Shown in pieces: positions 55,812-64,000 of a stretch of DNA of 64,000 nucleotides. The stretch is taken from assembly GCA_946414095.1 (NCBI GenBank), contig CAMKNB010000003.1, positions 2,161 to 66,160 on the forward strand. Reading direction: 5' to 3'. How positions within the stretch are numbered: the stretch's first letter is position 1; each line of letters starts with the position of its first letter. This stretch comes from an uncultured Mycoplasmatota bacterium. Lineage in GTDB: Bacteria; Bacillota_I; Bacilli_A; RF39; UBA660. The position numbers were made by a program, and so were the translations under genes. The notes under the pieces were generated by a model. The model saw only the letters and a list, made by a program, of their open reading frames with translations, was not told where the DNA came from and did no database searches.

Positions 55812-55925
55812 GTGAAAGTAAGACCATCAGTAAAAAAGATTTGCGATAAATGCAAAATTATTAAAAGAAACGGAAAAGTTTGGGTAATTTGTGAAAATCC
55901 TAAACATAAACAAAGACAAGGTTAA
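55812..55925 (+). CDS. rpmJ: 50S ribosomal protein L36
   Basis: This gene is not in the ORF track. It has a GTG start after a GGAGGG SD and translates to [37 protein letters not shown], with canonical L36 Cys/His positions. Confidence 0.9.
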   Translation: MKVRPSVKKICDKCKIIKRNGKVWVICENPKHKQRQG

Positions 55926-55938
55926 GTAGGAGGAAAAT

Positions 55939-56304
55939 ATGGCACGTATTAAAAATATTGACTTACCAAAAAATAAAAGAATCGTAGTAGCACTTACTTA
56001 CATTTATGGAATTGGTCCTGCTAGAGCTCACGATATATGTGTTGCTGCTAAAGTATCAGAAGATACTAGAACTGATAATTTAACAGTTGAAGAAATTAAT
56101 CGTTTAAGAGCAGAAGCTGATAAGTACGTTTTAGTTGGAGACTTAAAAAGAGAAGTTGAAATGAATATTAAAACTAAAATGGAAATTAATTCATATCAAG
56201 GAACAAGACATAAAAAAGGCTTACCAGTAAGAGGTCAACATACTAGTAGAAATGCTAGAACTCGTAAAGGTAAAGGTAAGACTATTGCTAATAAGAAGAA
56301 ATAG
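55939..56304 (+). CDS. rpsM: 30S ribosomal protein S13
   Basis: [26 protein letters not shown]..., [17 protein letters not shown]. Confidence 0.95.
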   Translation: MARIKNIDLPKNKRIVVALTYIYGIGPARAHDICVAAKVSEDTRTDNLTVEEINRLRAEADKYVLVGDLKREVEMNIKTKMEINSYQGTRHKKGLPVRGQHTSRNARTRKGKGKTIANKKK

Positions 56305-56316
56305 GAGGGATAACTT

Positions 56317-56700
56317 ATGGCTTATAATAGAAGAAAAAGAAAAGCAAAGAGAGATATCACTGAAGGTCAAGCACATATTCACTCTACATTTAATAACACT
56401 ATCGTAACTATTACTGATAATGAAGGTGGAGTTATTAGCTGGGCATCTTCAGGAACAGTAGGATTTAAAGGTAGTAAAAAGAAAACTCCTTTTGCTGCTG
56501 GAATGAGTGCAGAAGCTGCTGGAAAAGCTGCTTATGACACTGGAATTAGAAAAGTAGAAGTTTTTGTTAAGGGAATTGGTCAAGGACGTGAAACAGCTGT
56601 TAGAAGTTTACAAACTGCTGGATTAGAAATAACAGCTATTAATGACGTTACACCAGTACCACATAATGGATGCAGACCACCTAAGAGAAGACGTGTATAG
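56317..56700 (+). CDS. rpsK: 30S ribosomal protein S11
   Basis: [16 protein letters not shown]..., [25 protein letters not shown]. Confidence 0.95.
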   Translation: MAYNRRKRKAKRDITEGQAHIHSTFNNTIVTITDNEGGVISWASSGTVGFKGSKKKTPFAAGMSAEAAGKAAYDTGIRKVEVFVKGIGQGRETAVRSLQTAGLEITAINDVTPVPHNGCRPPKRRRV

Positions 56701-56724
56701 TAATAAGGAAGGGGAATAATTATA

Positions 56725-57672
56725 ATGTTAAAATTTATTAAACCAGACTATAAAGTTAATGAATATGTAGAAAGTAATTATTATGGAAAATTTGTTTTAG
56801 AACCACTTGAAAGAGGTTTTGGAACTACTATAGGTAATGCTCTTAGAAGAGTTATGCTATCAAGCTTAGAGGGAAGTGCAATCACTGATATTAAAATTGA
56901 AGGTGTAATGCACGAATTTCAAAAAGTAGATGGAATTGTTGAAGATGTTACAGAAATAATTCTAAATCTTAAAAAATTAGTATTAAAAAATCATAGTGAA
57001 AGTGATCAAGTATTACATTTAAAAGCAAATAAAGAAGGAGAAGTTTATGCATCTGCTATTGAAAAAAATGCAGAAGTTGAAATTGTTAATCCAGATTTAT
57101 TAATTGCTACACTTTCTAAAGGTGGAGTACTTGATATGACTATGACTGTATCAAATGGTCGTGGATATGTAGATGGAAAAGAAAATGCTAAAGCTGTTGC
57201 TGATGTAGTAGGAGCTATCGGTATTGACTCATTATATAGTCCAATTGAAAGAGTAAGCTATGAAGTAGAAAGTGCTCGTGTTGGACAAAGCGATAATTAT
57301 GATAAATTAACATTAAATGTATGGACTAATGGAAGCATTAAACCAGAAGAAGCAGTTGCAAGAGCAGCTAAGATTATCATTGATCACTTTGAAGTATTAA
57401 CTGATAAACATAATTTAACTGGTCTTGAAAGTGTATTAGCAGATAAGGAAGAAGATTCTGTTCAAAAGACATTAGAAACTCCTATTGAAGAATTAGATTT
57501 ATCTGTAAGAGCATATAATTGCTTAAAGAGAGATGCTATACATACATTACAAGATTTAACATCTAAGAGTGAATCAGAAATGATGAAAATTAGAAATCTT
57601 GGTAAAAAGTCATTAAAAGAAGTATTAGACAAAGTAAGAGATATGGGACTTAAGTTCCGTGATGAAGATTAG
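56725..57672 (+). CDS. rpoA: DNA-directed RNA polymerase subunit alpha
   Basis: GKFVLEPLERGFGTTIGNALRRVMLSSLEG. C-terminal domain IEELDLSVRAYNCLKRDAIHTLQDL. Confidence 0.95.
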   Translation: MLKFIKPDYKVNEYVESNYYGKFVLEPLERGFGTTIGNALRRVMLSSLEGSAITDIKIEGVMHEFQKVDGIVEDVTEIILNLKKLVLKNHSESDQVLHLKANKEGEVYASAIEKNAEVEIVNPDLLIATLSKGGVLDMTMTVSNGRGYVDGKENAKAVADVVGAIGIDSLYSPIERVSYEVESARVGQSDNYDKLTLNVWTNGSIKPEEAVARAAKIIIDHFEVLTDKHNLTGLESVLADKEEDSVQKTLETPIEELDLSVRAYNCLKRDAIHTLQDLTSKSESEMMKIRNLGKKSLKEVLDKVRDMGLKFRDED

Positions 57673-57681
57673 GAGGCAAGA

Positions 57682-58026
57682 ATGGCACTATATAGAAAAT
57701 TAAATAGAGAGACTCGTGTAAGAAGAAGTATTCTTTCTAGTTTAACTAAAGATGTTCTTGAAAATGGTCATGTAGAAACTACAGAAGAAAGAGCTAAAGA
57801 AGTTCGTAAATTTGTAGATAAAATGATTACATATGCTAAAAAAGGTGATTTAGGTTCTAGAAGAAAAGCACTTGCATTCTTAAATAACGATAAAGATTTA
57901 ACTAAGAAATTATTTGAAGAATATGCTGTTACTTATAAAGATAGAAATGGTGGATATACTAGAATAATTAAGTTAAAAGAAAGAATCGGAGACGATGCTT
58001 TAATCGTACGTCTTGAATTAGTATAA
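57682..58026 (+). CDS. rplQ: 50S ribosomal protein L17
   Basis: YRKLNRETRVRRSIL..., GGYTRIIKL. Confidence 0.95.
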   Translation: MALYRKLNRETRVRRSILSSLTKDVLENGHVETTEERAKEVRKFVDKMITYAKKGDLGSRRKALAFLNNDKDLTKKLFEEYAVTYKDRNGGYTRIIKLKERIGDDALIVRLELV

Positions 58027-58028
58027 TT

Positions 58029-58049
58029 AGGTTGTCTAACAACCTTTTT
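58029..58049 (+). terminator. Intrinsic terminator ending the ribosomal superoperon
   Basis: Stem aggttgt / acaacct with a 3-nt loop, then TTTTT. Confidence 0.6.
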
Positions 58050-58135
58050 ATTTGTGTAAAATTTTTGTATAAAAAATTGTTATAATAATTACTTTTATTT
58101 ATTAAATGATATAATTTCATTATAGGAGGTATATT

Positions 58136-58351
58136 ATGGCATTTAATTTATTTAAAAAACCATTGCCTGATGAAAATAGTAAAAAAAATCCTAAATTTAA
58201 GGATAAAAAGAAAGAATTAGAGAATAATGACGAATTATCGTTAGATGAACTTGAGCATGTTGGTGGGAATTACAATGAGGTTGAATTTAGTAAATTAAGA
58301 CAAGTTGGAAGAGAAATAAAAGAAGAGCAGGCAAACATGTTAAAAAAATAG
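58136..58351 (+). CDS. Small charged hypothetical protein
   Basis: 71-aa ORF with an AGGAGG SD. Two extended -10 elements lie upstream (TGtTATAAT ending at 58086, TGaTATAAT ending at 58115) and a terminator lies downstream. Confidence 0.45.
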   Translation: MAFNLFKKPLPDENSKKNPKFKDKKKELENNDELSLDELEHVGGNYNEVEFSKLRQVGREIKEEQANMLKK

Positions 58352-58353
58352 GA

Positions 58354-58376
58354 AAGATTCTTTGTAATCTTTTTTA
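58354..58376 (+). terminator. Intrinsic terminator
   Basis: Stem aaagatt / aatcttt with a 6-nt loop, then a T-run. Confidence 0.5.
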
Positions 58377-58448
58377 ATTGCTAAAAACTCTTTAAAATAT
58401 ATTTTAAATGTTGTATAATTACTTTTAGAATAGAAAAGTGGTGAACTA

Positions 58449-59711
58449 ATGAAAGATGAAACTAAAAATAAAAAAACAGATAAAGTAGAAAATACTAAAA
58501 ATAAAAGTGTAAGAAAAGTTGAAAGAAAGGTTAAATCAAAAGAAGAAATAGAAATTGTTAATAAATCAGTTGATTTTAACTTATTAGAGGTGGTTATAAT
58601 TATATTAATTACTGGAATAGTAGTTAGTATAGCAAGTGGATTAATTGTTTATAACAACTATGATAAATTAAGTGTTAAGGAAGCTTCTAATAAAGATGAA
58701 TTATCTGAATTTATAGAGAGTTATAATCACATTATTAATAGTTATGTAGAGGATGTAGATAAAAAAGAATTAATAGATGCAGCTATTGAAGGTATGTATA
58801 ACCATCTTGGTGATGACTATAGCATGTATTTAGATGTTGATAATACAAATGATTTAGAAGAGCAATTAACTGGAGAATATACTGGTGTTGGTATAGAAAT
58901 TAGAACAGATGTAAAAGAGAATAACAAATTTGAGACAGTAATTAATAGAGTATTTGAAAATACACCTGCTGAAAGAGCTGGTTTAAAAGCTGGTGATGTA
59001 TTATTAAAAATAGATGGAGAAGAGGTTATTGATGCTTCATTTATTGCAGATACTATTAAAAAAGGTAATAAAGAGTCTTATGAGATTACATATAAAAGAA
59101 ATGGAAAGGAACATACAGTAACATTAATTAGAGAAAGAGTATATATTAATTCTGTTACAAGTAAAACATATGATAATGTAGGATATATAAAAGTTGAAAC
59201 ATTTTCTGCAACAACTGAAGAACAAATTAGAAAGGCTATTAATGCTTTTGATAATAAGGTAACATCTTTAGTAATTGATCTAAGAGATAATACAGGAGGG
59301 TATTTAAGCGCTGCTGAAGACGTTTCAGAACTATTTTTGGAAAAAGGTAGTGTTGTATATCAATTGAAAGATAGAAACGGAAAAATAACAAAATATGAAG
59401 CTAAAAAGGGTGTATTAAGGAATTTTAATAAAATAGCAATTCTTATCAACTCAAGTAGTGCTTCTGCATCAGAAATATTAACTTTAGCATTAAAAGAAAA
59501 TATAGGTGCTACTGTAGTTGGTGTTAAATCTTATGGAAAAGGTACTGTTCAAGAAACTAATACATTAAGTAGTGGAGCAATGGTAAAATATACTACATCT
59601 TATTGGTTAAGTCCAAATGGAAATTCAATAAATAAACAAGGAATTGTCCCAGATATAGAAGAAGCGAATGTAGACAAGCAAATTGATGCAGCAATAAAGG
59701 CGGTTAAATAA
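58449..59711 (+). CDS. S41 family C-terminal processing peptidase, membrane-anchored
   Basis: A Lys-rich N-terminus is followed by a TM, a PDZ domain (GLKAGDVLLKIDGEEV), LVIDLRDNTGG, and SSSASASEILTLALKE...GVKSYGKGTVQ (Ser/Lys dyad context). Confidence 0.8.
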   Translation: MKDETKNKKTDKVENTKNKSVRKVERKVKSKEEIEIVNKSVDFNLLEVVIIILITGIVVSIASGLIVYNNYDKLSVKEASNKDELSEFIESYNHIINSYVEDVDKKELIDAAIEGMYNHLGDDYSMYLDVDNTNDLEEQLTGEYTGVGIEIRTDVKENNKFETVINRVFENTPAERAGLKAGDVLLKIDGEEVIDASFIADTIKKGNKESYEITYKRNGKEHTVTLIRERVYINSVTSKTYDNVGYIKVETFSATTEEQIRKAINAFDNKVTSLVIDLRDNTGGYLSAAEDVSELFLEKGSVVYQLKDRNGKITKYEAKKGVLRNFNKIAILINSSSASASEILTLALKENIGATVVGVKSYGKGTVQETNTLSSGAMVKYTTSYWLSPNGNSINKQGIVPDIEEANVDKQIDAAIKAVK

Positions 59712-59799
59712 TCGCCTTTTACTTTACACTATAAAGTTTAGTTTATTTGCATGAACTATTAATTGTATGATAAAATAATTCTAGAATTGAGGTGTCTTA

Positions 59800-60333
59800 A
59801 TGGACAATTTAAAAGTTGGAGACACACTTGTAATTCATTGCTATAAACATAATGGAGTTATATATGAATCATCTAGAGTTGCATATGTACTTGATATTAA
59901 AGATGATTATATTGTCTTAGGTGATGAAAACGTATTAATTACAAAACAAGATGGAAGAACTTGGCATACTAAGGGTTCAGCAATAATGTTTTTTTACAAA
60001 AGTAGATGGTTTAATGTAATAGCACAATTAAAGGAGGATGGAATATTCTATTATTGTAATATAGCTAGTCCATTTGTTATTGATGATAATGCTCTTAAAT
60101 ACATAGACTATGATTTAGACTTAAGAGTGTTTAATGATGGAGCTTTTAAAATACTTGATAGGAATGAATATAATTATCACAAGAAGCTAATGAATTATCC
60201 TGATGAAATTAATTATATTATAAAAGAAGAACTGTCTGCATTAATTGAAATGAAAAAAGCAGGTGTATTTCCATTTGATAAGGAAATAATTAAACACTAT
60301 TATGATATTTTCCAAGAAATTAAAAAGAAATAG
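59800..60333 (+). CDS. DUF402 family protein (nucleoside tri/diphosphatase-like)
   Basis: 177 aa. LKVGDTLVIHCYKHNGVIYESSRV..., YCNIASPFVIDDNALKYIDYDLDLRVFNDG. Confidence 0.65.
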   Translation: MDNLKVGDTLVIHCYKHNGVIYESSRVAYVLDIKDDYIVLGDENVLITKQDGRTWHTKGSAIMFFYKSRWFNVIAQLKEDGIFYYCNIASPFVIDDNALKYIDYDLDLRVFNDGAFKILDRNEYNYHKKLMNYPDEINYIIKEELSALIEMKKAGVFPFDKEIIKHYYDIFQEIKKK

Positions 60334-60367
60334 AATTTTTTAGAAATATTATCATATAATAGTTAAG

Positions 60368-60393
60368 AAAGTATTAAAAAATACTTTTTTATT
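60368..60393 (+). terminator. Intrinsic terminator
   Basis: Stem aaagtat / atacttt with a 6-nt loop, then a T-run. Confidence 0.5.
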
Positions 60394-60454
60394 TGCTTAA
60401 AATACTGAGAAAATGGGATGTTTACAAAAAAAATTAAAAATTTTAAAAAAAATG

Positions 60455-60483
60455 TTGACATTAAAAATTCAAAGTGTTATATT
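60455..60483 (+). promoter_or_regulatory. rRNA operon promoter P1
   Basis: TTGACA (60455-60460), a 17-nt spacer, and TGtTATATT with the -10 at 60478-60483. An A-rich UP-like tract lies upstream. Confidence 0.65.
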
Positions 60484-60613
60484 ATTGAAGCACTTGAGGA
60501 AAGTGAAAAGTAAAATATAGCATTGAAAACTTAAACAATTTTGAATTTTAAAGAAAATAAAATCATTAAAAATCAAAATATGTAAAAAAAGTAAAAAAAT
60601 TGTAAAAAAGTTG

Positions 60614-60642
60614 TTGACTTTACAATTTGAAAATGTTATATT
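60614..60642 (+). promoter_or_regulatory. rRNA operon promoter P2
   Basis: TTGACT (60614-60619), a 17-nt spacer, and TGtTATATT with the -10 at 60637-60642. The layout matches P1, including the A-rich upstream tract. Confidence 0.65.
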
Positions 60643-60672
60643 ATATGAGCAACCGCAAGAAGTGGTTGAAAT

Positions 60673-60689
60673 GATCTTTGAAAACTAAG
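60673..60689 (+). promoter_or_regulatory. boxA-like antitermination element in the rRNA leader
   Basis: gatctttgaaaactaag matches the Firmicute-type TCTTTGAAAACT motif. The motif recurs in the 16S-23S spacer. Confidence 0.55.
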
Positions 60690-60753
60690 TAAAATAATGA
60701 GTTTTGTAGACAGGATTAAAATGAAATCAATTCTTTAACAATAAAAAGAATTT

Positions 60754-62325
<1,572 letters not shown>

Positions 62326-62481
62326 ATGGAGTTTAATAATCGTAGAAAAATTATCGTTTCGGTGGTTTAGATATAAAAACTCAAACCACTACGTAGAACC
62401 TATCTACAAACGTTAAAGTTATTTTACTTAGCTTTGAGAGATCATTTATGATTTCTCATATTGTATTTATTATACAATAAT

Positions 62482-62499
62482 TGTTCTTTGAAAACTTGG
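62482..62499 (+). promoter_or_regulatory. boxA-like element in the 16S-23S spacer
   Basis: tgttctttgaaaacttgg. Confidence 0.5.
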
Positions 62500-62620
62500 T
62501 AATGTGATTGTATATATACTAAACGAGCGTATATATACATGGAGTAAATTTTTTAAGGTAATTTAATAGCAATATTAAATATTAAGAAATCGAACTCATC
62601 AAATTAGGATAATAGTAAGT

Positions 62621-64000
<1,380 letters not shown>

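Noticed and set aside
62326-62620. Looked for tRNA-Ile or tRNA-Ala genes in the 16S-23S spacer, and for tRNAs upstream of the 16S gene.
   Set aside because: I found no cloverleaf-compatible sequence (no GGGC/GGGG acceptor starts, no GTTCGAATC-type T-arm).

Overview
The window is a very AT-rich bacterial chromosome segment. It uses the standard code: TGA serves as a stop codon and an intact RF2 gene is present. Every gene I can support lies on the + strand. 16S signature stretches (GGAATATTCGGCAATGGG, GACCGAGCAATGCCGCGTG) suggest a fast-evolving Bacillota lineage near Erysipelotrichia or Mollicutes-related Bacilli. The organism still makes peptidoglycan (M23 peptidases, FtsEX) and encodes Spo0A and WhiA.

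Gene content from left to right:
- 0.1-9.5 kb: small accessory and housekeeping genes. These are an Asn-repeat membrane protein, an HD hydrolase, an HTH-WYL regulator, a double-SIS protein, an HExxH protein, two GNATs, a NUDIX hydrolase, a metallophosphoesterase, an MBL hydrolase and a sigma factor.
- 9.5-19.4 kb: prfB, yitT-like, ftsEX plus two coiled-coil M23 peptidases, whiA, a udk-like kinase and gap.
- 19.4-31.2 kb: a surface-protein block. It holds three tandem modular type IV pilin-like genes, a CotH / VTC / DUF4956 triad, a membrane-anchored protein, a phosphodiester glycosidase and a dNMP-kinase-like protein.
- 31.2-41.5 kb: pgk, a degenerate tpiA-like gene, a roughly 1970-aa Big_2/FN3 surface protein, spo0A and gpmI.
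- 41.5-43.9 kb: a membrane protein with a Pro/Thr/Val-rich N-terminal domain.
- 44.0-58.0 kb: the complete S10-spc-alpha ribosomal superoperon (rpsJ to rplQ, with secY, adk, map, infA, rpmJ and rpoA; no rpmD).
- 58.1-60.3 kb: a small ORF, an S41 protease and a DUF402 protein.
- 60.4 kb to the window end: an rRNA operon with two tandem promoters, the 16S gene, a tRNA-less spacer and the 5' part of the 23S gene.

I saw no transposase, integrase, CRISPR array or tRNA.

The items most worth follow-up are:
- the translationally coupled CotH-VTC-DUF4956 triad;
- the three-gene modular pilin cassette, which shares a 5' module and swaps C-terminal modules;
- a TIM homologue in the canonical pgk-tpiA position that lacks the catalytic Glu and the phosphate-binding GG loop;
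- a glycolytic operon split by surface-protein genes;
- a 16S rRNA with an expanded V1 helix and substitutions at normally invariant positions.

All family assignments come from motif recognition by eye. No database search was run.
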